A DNA stretch of 62,093 bases from an uncultured Sangeribacter sp. (GTDB lineage Bacteria; Bacteroidota; Bacteroidia; Bacteroidales; Muribaculaceae). Positions 9,292 through 18,086 of this stretch are shown one piece after another. The translations under genes and the position numbers were made by a program. Within the stretch, counting starts at the first letter, position 1; each line of letters opens with the position of its first letter. The stretch is taken from the NCBI GenBank assembly GCA_964398625.1, contig CAYNNV010000001.1, positions 1-62,093 on the forward strand, read 5' to 3'. The notes beneath the pieces were generated by a model. That model did no database searches. It worked only from the letters and a program-made list of their open reading frames with translations, and was not told where the DNA came from.

Positions 9292-10371
9292 CTAGCGTTT
9301 AATGCTTACCTTATATTCTGGATTATAATTTACCCCGAACAACCTATTATCCTTCAAGTAATCGATTTGTTTAAAATGAACACAATTTGTAGCAATTGAA
9401 AGCGCAGGGAATTTCTTTGTTCCCTTCGATTTATATAATATGCACATTGAAGTCCCGTAGTAATCATTCAGTCTATAGAACCGACACATAGTACAATACC
9501 TTATCCCTAATCCTGATTCCGATAATTTTCTGAATGCAAAATCCCAATCGATTGGCGCTCTTGATTCTATTCGGAAAGTTGAATTATCTATCTCTGCAGG
9601 GTTTTGGCTCAGGCATTTCACCTTACCATCGAAATCATCAATTCCGTCAAAATGAAAATATCCCTTTGAATCTATCCAAAATCGAAATTTATATGCTTGA
9701 TGTAAAGAGTCGGGAACCTCGAATGTATTTGCCTTAAAATTGTAAAAACGAATTTTATTATCCTTCTTTCCCAACCAATGGTTTTCATCTACATTGCATT
9801 CATTGATCGATGCGGTCCTTACAATCTGTTCAATGTCTTCTTCAGATTCAATATGAATCTCAATGATACGATGGCTTGAATTCAACTTTTCTTCAGTTAA
9901 TTTCTCTGTCATGTATAAGTTTATAAGAATAGGAGCTGTATTATTCTTATGATTACTGATAAGTAAATCAGCCCGACAGCCATCTATGTTAACATCCCTT
10001 TGGCAATAGTCATAATATTTCTTGAGATCAAAACTCTTTTTAGAAGTCCATGTGCAAGGTTGTTTTGTTCCTAAAGGACACTCCTTTATTGCACACGTAG
10101 TTTTTGGATAAAACGATATAGTAAAATGTGGCGTTTTGTTAAAACACTCGCAAATACGTTTCTTTGCCACACTGTGTAGATATGATTCATAACTACAATT
10201 TTCCGGATCGCTCTTATGAGCAAAATGCCATCGTCTTATACTTCCTTGTCTGGGAATCATAATTCCCCCACAACAAGGACAATAATAATCAATTCCTTTT
10301 ACTGCATCTGTCACCTTTATAAGAAGTCCACTCTTATCCGTAGAGTATAAATAATCCTGCTTTAATCCCAT
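9292..10371 (-). CDS. CoiA-like protein (Zn-finger plus PD-(D/E)XK-like domain)
   Basis: YYCPCCG...RRWHFAH...C..ESYLH..AK N-terminus; RADLLI; Cys-rich C-terminus. Confidence 0.72.
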   Translation of the reverse strand: MGLKQDYLYSTDKSGLLIKVTDAVKGIDYYCPCCGGIMIPRQGSIRRWHFAHKSDPENCSYESYLHSVAKKRICECFNKTPHFTISFYPKTTCAIKECPLGTKQPCTWTSKKSFDLKKYYDYCQRDVNIDGCRADLLISNHKNNTAPILINLYMTEKLTEEKLNSSHRIIEIHIESEEDIEQIVRTASINECNVDENHWLGKKDNKIRFYNFKANTFEVPDSLHQAYKFRFWIDSKGYFHFDGIDDFDGKVKCLSQNPAEIDNSTFRIESRAPIDWDFAFRKLSESGLGIRYCTMCRFYRLNDYYGTSMCILYKSKGTKKFPALSIATNCVHFKQIDYLKDNRLFGVNYNPEYKVSIKR

Positions 10372-10372
10372 A

Positions 10373-10837
10373 TCAAATGTCTACTAAATCAATTTTTTTA
10401 CCAAGAGAAGCTGCAATTTTTGATAATATGTCAATTCCCACTGAATATTTGCCGTTTTCAATCCTGCTTAAATTCGCTGCATCAATACCAGCCAGTTTCG
10501 CAAGATCTCGTGCTTCAATTTCTCTTTCCTCCCTTATTTCTCGTATTCGGTTGCCTATGCGAATGCGTTCAACTTGTCTGTCGCCCGAACTTATACCCAT
10601 AAAATGCACACCATTCCGGATAGCATCTCTCCAGATATTATTAATCATAAGCTCTTTGTCAGCAGAGTAATTCTTGTCGAAAATCGTCTCTATAAGTCGC
10701 AACTCATATTTACGATATTCTTCACTAATATATTTGCCGATCGGGCACATTACCTGAAATACTTCACCATCCGGGGCAGTGACCTTCACGATTTTTGAGT
10801 CTAAAACTTCAGCTCGCGTTTTAAACTCCTTAGACAT
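10373..10837 (-). CDS. XRE/Cro-type HTH regulator with an N-terminal extension
   Basis: IGNRIREIREE...DLAKLAGIDAANLSRIENGKYS. The start is 10837 or 10861, downstream of a TAACTTTG promoter element at 10913-10920 (-). Confidence 0.85.
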   Translation of the reverse strand: MSKEFKTRAEVLDSKIVKVTAPDGEVFQVMCPIGKYISEEYRKYELRLIETIFDKNYSADKELMINNIWRDAIRNGVHFMGISSGDRQVERIRIGNRIREIREEREIEARDLAKLAGIDAANLSRIENGKYSVGIDILSKIAASLGKKIDLVDI

Positions 10838-11227
10838 AAATTTTTTAATATTTTTTTTCATAAAGATTTTGTGCCGTATTTTAAGTGTTGCCGCCACTTT
10901 TAAATTTCGAGGCAAAGTTAGAAAGAAAATTTCTAATTGGCAAATACGACAATTGGTAATTGTGTAAAATATCAATTGAAGCCGCTTCAATTGCTGTGAT
11001 TATTTTTTATGAAACAATATGTCAACTCAGCAACCAAGTATTTGAAATAAACAATTTCAAAGAAATGCTGACGGTGGAAAATCATTACATAATAGTAACG
11101 AATATTTCTGCTAGTACTCCCGGCGGACTTACATTGCACGGAGTTTTTGATGCGTTTTTTCGGGAAGATTTGGATATTTCACGCCATTGGGCTAACTTTG
11201 CAAAAATCCTTAACTCAAGATTAGATC

Positions 11228-11878
11228 ATGAAAGAACCGGATCGCATACTTGCGGAGAAACTCCTCCAGATTCGCGCTATTATTTTGCAGCCTGAAAATC
11301 CCTTTACATGGGCTTCAGGCTGGAATTCACCAATCTATACCGACAATAGAAAGACGCTCTCTTATCCCGACGTGCGTACTTTCATCAAAATCGAACTCAG
11401 TCGTCTTATCGCTGAGAATTTCCCTGAATGCAATGCTATCGCAGGCGTAGCTACAGGAGCTATCGCCATGGGTGCACTCGTGGCTGATCTGCTTGGGCTG
11501 CCATACGTTTATGTCCGCTCTACTCCCAAAGATCATGGCCTCGAGAATCTCATTGAAGGCTCTCTGAAGCCCGGTAGCAAGGTAGTAGTCGTAGAAGATC
11601 TCGTCTCCACCGGAGGAAGCTCTCTTAAAGCAGTTGACGCTATCCGCAATGCCGGATGCGAGGTGGTTGGAATGACTTCAATCTTCTCTTACGAATTCCC
11701 GCTCGCAGTCAAGCGTTTCCACGAAGCTGACGTGCGCCTTATACCGCTCTCCACTTACTCCAAGATGCTGGAAGTTGCGCTTGAAGCTCACTACCTTAAC
11801 GAAAAAGATCTTGACACACTCCGCGAATGGCGCAAGGATCCTGCCAACTGGATCCCCTCTGCTAATTCCGTATTGTAA
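11228..11878 (+). CDS. pyrE: Orotate phosphoribosyltransferase
   Basis: FTWASGWNSPIYTDNR; PRPP motif VVVEDLVSTGGS; promoter element TAACTTTG at 11193-11200. Confidence 0.96.
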   Translation: MKEPDRILAEKLLQIRAIILQPENPFTWASGWNSPIYTDNRKTLSYPDVRTFIKIELSRLIAENFPECNAIAGVATGAIAMGALVADLLGLPYVYVRSTPKDHGLENLIEGSLKPGSKVVVVEDLVSTGGSSLKAVDAIRNAGCEVVGMTSIFSYEFPLAVKRFHEADVRLIPLSTYSKMLEVALEAHYLNEKDLDTLREWRKDPANWIPSANSVL

Positions 11879-11895
11879 TTTAACATACTAACGCA

Positions 11896-12345
11896 ATGGC
11901 TTCATATAAAAGTGAGGAAGTGACCATCCTCGCGCCGGCGAAGAAGGTCTATGCAACTCTCTCGGATACGGAAAATCTTCACCGTCTCCTTGCAAATATT
12001 CCTGAAGACAAGATTCCCGAGCAGCATCGCGACATGCTGAAGCAGATATCAGTTGATGGCGACAGAATATCTATAGCCGGCGGACCCACCGGCAGCATAG
12101 TTCTTGAAGTAACTCGCCGCCAGGAGCCGGACCTTATTGAACTTTCCGGCGTAGGACTGCCAATTTCAATTAAGATGATTATTTCCATCTTTATTGTAGA
12201 TGACTTCAGCTGCAAGGCTCGTGTGCAGATTGACGCAGATATTCCCATGATGCTTCGTCCGATGGTTGCCGGACCGCTTCAGAAAGCTGCAGACCAATTC
12301 GCAAGACTTCTCGCAGGAATACCATATAACTCAATAGCCGACTGA
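11896..12345 (+). CDS. SRPBCC/CoxG-like protein
   Basis: Size, pattern and C-terminal helix PMMLRPMVAGPLQKAADQFA; usual neighbour of pyrE in Bacteroidales. Confidence 0.7.
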   Translation: MASYKSEEVTILAPAKKVYATLSDTENLHRLLANIPEDKIPEQHRDMLKQISVDGDRISIAGGPTGSIVLEVTRRQEPDLIELSGVGLPISIKMIISIFIVDDFSCKARVQIDADIPMMLRPMVAGPLQKAADQFARLLAGIPYNSIAD

Positions 12346-12875
12346 TGAGCCGGCGCAATGGAGTAACTGCATTGATTGCTTTGGCTCTTTCGGCCATCTT
12401 CTTCGGAGGGTGTGCCAAAGAGCTTATTGACAATCGTATACCTTCTTATCCCGTATATATCAATCTCAACAATCCGGGCCTGTGGGCTACCTACGGAGTT
12501 TCCGGCATTGGTACTTATCGCTACTTCATAAGAGAGCAGCGACTCCCGGCCGGTTTCGCATATCTCGAAAGCACTTATACAGGCTTTGGCGGAGTTCTGC
12601 TTTTCGGAAATGCCCCATATTTTGTTGATGACGGGCCCACAGCTCCCTGTATGCCGGTGGCTTACGATCTCGCTTGTCCAGTGGAGGCGCGTCAGGATGT
12701 AAGAATATATATTGACGATGATACATTTCAGGCTATATGCCCGGTATGTCGTTCGCACTATGACGTGATGGGCGGGGGCTATCCGCTGCAAGGGCCGGCT
12801 AAAGAGTTACACTATGCGCTCACTCCCTATCGGTGCCTCGGAAGCTGGCCTTCGGGTTTTACTATTACTTATTGA
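12345..12875 (+). CDS. Rieske-like fold lipoprotein
   Basis: Lipobox GGC; AYDLACP...AICPVCRSHYD...G.P..GPA...L..Y. Confidence 0.6.
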   Translation: MSRRNGVTALIALALSAIFFGGCAKELIDNRIPSYPVYINLNNPGLWATYGVSGIGTYRYFIREQRLPAGFAYLESTYTGFGGVLLFGNAPYFVDDGPTAPCMPVAYDLACPVEARQDVRIYIDDDTFQAICPVCRSHYDVMGGGYPLQGPAKELHYALTPYRCLGSWPSGFTITY

Positions 12876-12901
12876 GAGGCTAATTTTAGCAGACTGAGGA
12901 G

Positions 12902-13570
12902 ATGGAGAATATTCTGGGCATGATATGGCGTGGTCTTGCTATCGGCATCATTATCTCGGCGCCGATGGGTCCCGTAGGAATACTCTGCATACAGCGTACC
13001 CTTGCAAAAGGGCGCAGAGCCGGTTTTTTTACCGGTGTCGGTGCTGCTGCATCAGATCTGTTTTATTGTCTGCTCACCGGCTTCGGACTGTCATTTATAG
13101 AAGAATTCCTGGAGCGTAATCAGAATGTGATTCAACTTTTAGGCTCGCTCGTGTTGGTAGCTTTCGGTTATTACCTTTACAGAAAAAATCCATCCGGGCG
13201 TATCCGCCCCCACAATCCTGACAGCGGAGAAGCGACTGAGGAGACGTCGCAGAAGAAGATCGACCGTAACAATATCCTCGCAGGCTTCCTTTTCACATTC
13301 TCCAATCCTCTTATTATCCTCTTGATTATCGGGCTTTTCGCCCGGTTTAATTTCCTCCTTCCCGAGCTGGGATGGCATCACTACATCTTCGGATATCTCT
13401 TCATCGTGGCGGGAGCATTGTCATGGTGGTGGGTCATAACTTACTTTGTAGATAAAGTGAGGGCGCACTTTAATCTCCGCTCTATGTGGCTGGTAAATAG
13501 AATTATAGCGTGTATCATCTTCATTTTTGCTCTTGTTGGTATAATCACTTCTATCGTTGCAATGTGTTGA
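12902..13570 (+). CDS. LysE family translocator
   Basis: SAPMGPVGILCIQRTL..G...G; FTFSNP; hydrophobic helices. Confidence 0.88.
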   Translation: MENILGMIWRGLAIGIIISAPMGPVGILCIQRTLAKGRRAGFFTGVGAAASDLFYCLLTGFGLSFIEEFLERNQNVIQLLGSLVLVAFGYYLYRKNPSGRIRPHNPDSGEATEETSQKKIDRNNILAGFLFTFSNPLIILLIIGLFARFNFLLPELGWHHYIFGYLFIVAGALSWWWVITYFVDKVRAHFNLRSMWLVNRIIACIIFIFALVGIITSIVAMC

Positions 13571-14589
13571 TAGGAATGATCCTCTTTTTGGGTATCCTCT
13601 CGGCTGCGGCTAAAACACCGGTTTTCCCCGATTCAATATGCAGCGGTCAATATCCACGTCTTGTCCCGGCGAGTGAGGATGCAACTGAGATTACGTTTCC
13701 AATTGAGGCTGATTCCCTCTACAACTTCACCCTAATTGTGCGCAACAATCATAATTCACCGCGCAAGAACTATCGTGTCACAGCTTCTGACGGCAGAAAA
13801 ATGGTTTTTCGCTCTCCTCAATGGGGTATTATCTTCGTCGGTGCCGGTGAAGAGCAAACCGTTTCAGTCACCTTCAGCATAGTGGAAGAGACTGAGCAGC
13901 TTGAGCCTCAGACATGCACTAAGATGACAGTAAGCACAGGCGATACTATAGAGATTATCAAGACTTTTAAGCCTTCGCAGTTCCCGTGGCGTACTCCTGC
14001 AATTCTAAGCTGTAGCGTTGATGGAGCAGAGGCGGTGGTCAGTGGCGGCACTGACAGTAGGAATACATTGTGGAGCGGTAGAATACCCTTTGAAGTGCGG
14101 GAAATAGGCATTACTGCTGCCCCGGGAAGCGATATCGAGCTGCTCCATACATCACTTATCGCAACCCCTCAGCAATTTATAAAGGCAGGTAAATGGGCTG
14201 ACCCGTACTATCTTGACGCTGTGCTTTCTCACTCAGCCGATCCGCTGGTAGGATACTGGGCTCTTCTTGATGCTACTTATGAAGCCTCCAATACTCAATC
14301 CGGTGGTGATTATCTACTGGCGGCTGTAGCTGAAGATGAGAAATATACGCTCATATACCTTGATGGCTGTCGCACTCAAGAGTGGCAGCCCGGTATGCCC
14401 AAGGCTTTCTTGCGACCCACATCTATACCCGGCGTATACAATGTGGAGTGGCGCGAGGCCCATGGAGGGAAGGTGAGTGAAAGCGTCAAGGCTCAGCTTG
14501 ACAACGGAATACTTACAATTTATTTCCCCGCTTCCGGGGCTACTCTGCGTTTTAGTGCTGTAGACAGAAATCCTGTATTAAAACACTGA
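13564..14589 (+). CDS. Exported hypothetical protein
   Basis: Long ORF overlapping the lysE stop, with signal peptide ...LSAAA. Start is GTG 13564 or ATG 13576. Confidence 0.7.
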   Translation: MLIGMILFLGILSAAAKTPVFPDSICSGQYPRLVPASEDATEITFPIEADSLYNFTLIVRNNHNSPRKNYRVTASDGRKMVFRSPQWGIIFVGAGEEQTVSVTFSIVEETEQLEPQTCTKMTVSTGDTIEIIKTFKPSQFPWRTPAILSCSVDGAEAVVSGGTDSRNTLWSGRIPFEVREIGITAAPGSDIELLHTSLIATPQQFIKAGKWADPYYLDAVLSHSADPLVGYWALLDATYEASNTQSGGDYLLAAVAEDEKYTLIYLDGCRTQEWQPGMPKAFLRPTSIPGVYNVEWREAHGGKVSESVKAQLDNGILTIYFPASGATLRFSAVDRNPVLKH

Positions 14590-14591
14590 GT

Positions 14592-15296
14592 CTAATCGCG
14601 GGTAGTCAGCCCCAGAGTAAGAAATGATATCCGCACGTCCGGCTGAGCATGGAGAATGGAAACCGCTGAAGAATATAGAGTCGCTCCGGTGGTGAAAACA
14701 TCATCAGTGAGAAGGATGTGTTTCCCGGCAAGACTTTCGGGGTTTCTAAGCCTGAAGATACCGATAGTGTTTCCCTTTCGAGCTTCATGGGAGAGGGAAG
14801 TCTGAGAACGGTGAGGACGTGATGCTTTCAGAAGTGTTGCCACAGGTATTCCGGTGGCATCGGAAATACCGCGGGCCAGATATTCACTTTGATTGTATGT
14901 GCGCCGGATATACTTGAGAAAATGTAAAGGTACGGGTATCAAATAGTCTATGTCGCTAAAAAAACCTGTATCCTTTATTTCGTATGCGAGGCGTGCCCCG
15001 AGCATACGCGCAAGATCAGGACAATGACGATATTTGAAGTAGGCCACCAGTTTAGCCACATCGCCCCCCGGTGCATAATGTAGCAACGATACGGCTCTTT
15101 CAAAAGGAATAAGCCCGGCCAGTCGCTCCTCAGGTATTGTCATACCCTGCAGCCTACGGCGCACGCGAGGCAGACTATGGAAGCATCGAAGACATAAAAA
15201 CTTCTCCCCTGATGGCAATGGTTTGTCGCAAAGCAAGCAGGTGCGGGGCAGTGCTACATCGGCAATATCGTCAATTATCTTCCTGATAATATTCAT
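14592..15296 (-). CDS. comF: ComF family protein (Zn ribbon plus PRT domain)
   Basis: CLLC...CLRC; PVPLH...YNQS; LLTDDVFTTGATL. Confidence 0.88.
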   Translation of the reverse strand: MNIIRKIIDDIADVALPRTCLLCDKPLPSGEKFLCLRCFHSLPRVRRRLQGMTIPEERLAGLIPFERAVSLLHYAPGGDVAKLVAYFKYRHCPDLARMLGARLAYEIKDTGFFSDIDYLIPVPLHFLKYIRRTYNQSEYLARGISDATGIPVATLLKASRPHRSQTSLSHEARKGNTIGIFRLRNPESLAGKHILLTDDVFTTGATLYSSAVSILHAQPDVRISFLTLGLTTRD

Positions 15297-15780
15297 CTTC
15301 GCGAATCTTCTTCACTATTTCACCTATCGCACTGAATATCAATGATGACTCAAATCCACGAGCCGTCAAGCGCCTGGCAATCTTCATGCGTCCGGTATTG
15401 ACGGTAGGATCGCAACCCGCCATAGCAGCTTTAAGCGCCCGCCTTAAAGCCTCTTCATACTCCTCCGGCGTAATTTGCTCCAAGGCCTCGTCAATTGATG
15501 TAGTATCAATGTGTTTAGCGCGAAGTGCAGCACGAATCTTATATCTGCCCCAGCAGGAAAATCTTACCTTGTCATTGGTATATGCCCTTGCATATCGCCC
15601 GGCATTTAGAAAATCATGCTCCTCAAGCCAATCTATTATTTCTCCGGCGGCAGAGCGGGCTATGCCGAGGCGTGAGAGTTTGGTAAGGATATCGAAAGGA
15701 GCCTGTTCGCTACGGGCACATAGCGTTGCCATGCGTTCGCGAGCCTCTTCAGTAGTGAGAGGGCGCCGTTTAATTCTCAT
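15271..15780 (-). CDS. recX: Regulatory protein RecX
   Basis: LCARSEQ, FLNAGRYARAY, WGRYKI, RGFE; start trimmed to MRIKRR. Confidence 0.88.
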   Translation of the reverse strand: MRIKRRPLTTEEARERMATLCARSEQAPFDILTKLSRLGIARSAAGEIIDWLEEHDFLNAGRYARAYTNDKVRFSCWGRYKIRAALRAKHIDTTSIDEALEQITPEEYEEALRRALKAAMAGCDPTVNTGRMKIARRLTARGFESSLIFSAIGEIVKKIREDEYYQEDN

Positions 15781-16621
15781 GGTCAGATGGTTTTCTGGCG
15801 TAAGCAAAGCGCATACGTCCGTAGGAATCACGTATTATATCCACATCAGTCAATCCGGCTCCTTTAAGCATACTGCTTATCTCCGCACAGAAGCGTGGAT
15901 TGATCTCAGCCCAGAGAGTGCCTGACGGTGCCAATCCGAGAGCGGCTACTACGCTGAGGCGCCGGTAGAAGATCAGAGGATCATCATTCGGTACAAACAG
16001 AGCTTCGTGAGGCTCATAATTTACCACTTCCGGGTCCATATCGACTTTCTCTTCAAGAGGAATATAAGGTGGGTTGCTCACGATTATATCCAGCGATTCA
16101 GTCGCCGGTGTAAAAGAAAAAATGTCATCTTCCATCACCGCAACTTTTCCTTTCAGCCGCCGGGCATTTTCGGCTGTTAGTGCCACGGCTTTTGCTGAGA
16201 TATCAAGAGCTGTGACTCTCGCAAAGGGAAGAGATAAGGCCAGCGATACAGCAATGCACCCGGTGCCGCAGCATAGGTCGAGCACACGCAGATCGCTCTG
16301 CTCCTTGTAGCGGCTTACTATCAAGTCAACCAGCTCCTGAGTTTCCGGACGCGGAATCAGTACACCCGGCTCAACCTTGAAGTAGCGGCCGCAGAAATAC
16401 TCCTCTCCGACAATATACTGTATAGGCTCGTGAGCCTTTAGTCTCGCAATAATTTTCTCAATTTCCGACACGATAAAGGGTGAAAATTCGTCAGAAAGAT
16501 GCACCGCCATATCTACGGCGTTCCATCCCTTGAGCCATCGCATTATGATGCGGGCGTAAGTACCCGCTGCGTCCTGCCCGGTGATCGGTGCAAGGCTGTG
16601 TATAAGGTCAGTAGGTGTCAT
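15770..16621 (-). CDS. prmC: Release factor glutamine methyltransferase
   Basis: EPIQYI, VLIPRPETQEL, LDLCCGTG, VSNPPY. Confidence 0.95.
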   Translation of the reverse strand: MTPTDLIHSLAPITGQDAAGTYARIIMRWLKGWNAVDMAVHLSDEFSPFIVSEIEKIIARLKAHEPIQYIVGEEYFCGRYFKVEPGVLIPRPETQELVDLIVSRYKEQSDLRVLDLCCGTGCIAVSLALSLPFARVTALDISAKAVALTAENARRLKGKVAVMEDDIFSFTPATESLDIIVSNPPYIPLEEKVDMDPEVVNYEPHEALFVPNDDPLIFYRRLSVVAALGLAPSGTLWAEINPRFCAEISSMLKGAGLTDVDIIRDSYGRMRFAYARKPSDHEN

Positions 16622-16771
16622 GGCAGAAAAATTTTAAGTAAAATTATAAAATAAAAATGAAAAAGAGGATTATTCAAACAATTTTTTTTAAATTTGCGCC
16701 GTGGTAAAGAAGTTGCACTTGAATTCTTACCCGTACAGTATCAACAGTATAATCGGGTTCTAAAATTGGAA

Positions 16772-17797
16772 ATGGGAAAAGAGTTTGATGAAAAAATGAT
16801 GCGACGTGCCTTGCAGCTTGCTCGCTTCGGCTATGGATCGGTCTCTCCCAACCCAATGGTAGGATGTGTTATTACCAAGGGGGAGAAAATTATCGGAGAG
16901 GGTTGGCACCGGCGTTTCGGCGGTCCTCATGCAGAAGTCAACGCCGTGGCCTCTGTAGGATCGGATACAAGCATTGAAGGAAGCACAGTTTATGTCACTC
17001 TCGAGCCGTGCAGTCACTATGGCAAGACTCCACCCTGTGCAGAGATGCTCGCGCGTCTGAAGCCTGAGAGAGTGGTGGTGGCAATGACTGATGATAACCC
17101 TGTTGTTCACGGCAAAGGCATTGAAATACTGCGCAGAGCAGGAATAAAGATAGAATCGGGACTTCTTGAAGACGAAGCTCGCGAGCTCAATATCCCTTTT
17201 ATCACTGCTCATACTCTAAAGCGGCCGTTCGTACTCCTGAAGTGGGCTCAGACAGCTGATGGGTTTATAGCCGGAATTAATGCGCAGGGAAAGAGTGAGC
17301 CTGTCAGAATCTCAAATTCCTACTCAATGATGATGATGCACCGCCTACGTGCCGGTGTAGATGCCGTGATGGTAGGCACAGATACCGTGATTTCAGATAA
17401 TCCGCAGCTTACTACGCGTCTATGGCCGGGTAAGAATCCCGTTCCGGTCACTTTTAACCGCAACGGTCGTCTGCCTGAAAATAGTCATCTTGCCGGCAAT
17501 CCAAGTACTATTGTGGTATCAGACTGTCGCACTCTTCCGCGCCTTCTTTCCGATCTATTTCATGAGCACGGCATCATTTCCGTGATGGTGGAGGGCGGTA
17601 GGCAGCTTCTCCAGTCTTTTATAGATGCAGAACTGTGGGATGAGGCCCGTATTGAGACCGCACCTTTCGCTCTTGGAAGAGGCGTATCAGCCCCGGAAAT
17701 CAAAGGTATGAATCTGGTGACACGCATGTTCGGCAACAACAGCGTGCAGTGGTTGCGCCCGTTAGGCCTTACACGTTGCGGAAAATGGGAGCCTTGA
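16772..17797 (+). CDS. ribD: Riboflavin biosynthesis deaminase/reductase
   Basis: PNPMVG, HAEVNA, TLEPCSHYGKTPPC, VEGG; start trimmed to the ATG at 16772. Confidence 0.95.
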   Translation: MGKEFDEKMMRRALQLARFGYGSVSPNPMVGCVITKGEKIIGEGWHRRFGGPHAEVNAVASVGSDTSIEGSTVYVTLEPCSHYGKTPPCAEMLARLKPERVVVAMTDDNPVVHGKGIEILRRAGIKIESGLLEDEARELNIPFITAHTLKRPFVLLKWAQTADGFIAGINAQGKSEPVRISNSYSMMMMHRLRAGVDAVMVGTDTVISDNPQLTTRLWPGKNPVPVTFNRNGRLPENSHLAGNPSTIVVSDCRTLPRLLSDLFHEHGIISVMVEGGRQLLQSFIDAELWDEARIETAPFALGRGVSAPEIKGMNLVTRMFGNNSVQWLRPLGLTRCGKWEP

Positions 17798-18086
17798 AGA
17801 GGATGACAGAGCAGGCAATCTCCCATAGTCAGCATTTATAATACCCTTGACAGCCCGGGATAGCCACGGTATAGTGAGTGCAAAGGTCTCTTTCTTGCGG
17901 TCAGTTAAAAAAAGTTTAATTGCAAATAATCCGTGCAAATTATGGTGAGTTTTCATAATTATCATTAAATTTGCAGATTGAATGCTGTGTCGTGCCTGAT
18001 GCCTCCTTGCGCCTTCGCACCGGCTCAGAGCGATGCAGTAAGCGAAAACTAATCGGACTATGCCCAAATATATGAAACACTGCACC

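Noticed and set aside
9142-9292. Two 8-bp inverted repeats (TAACCGCA/TGCGGTTA and GCAGCCGG/CCGGCTGC) as an ncRNA or MITE
   Set aside because: Short arms with long loops; explained adequately as terminator-like structure or chance.
17983-18040. SRP (4.5S) RNA on the minus strand (AAGGCGCAAGGAGGCATCA)
   Set aside because: The domain IV match is poor, and the long stem has A-C mismatches on the minus strand; it folds on + only.
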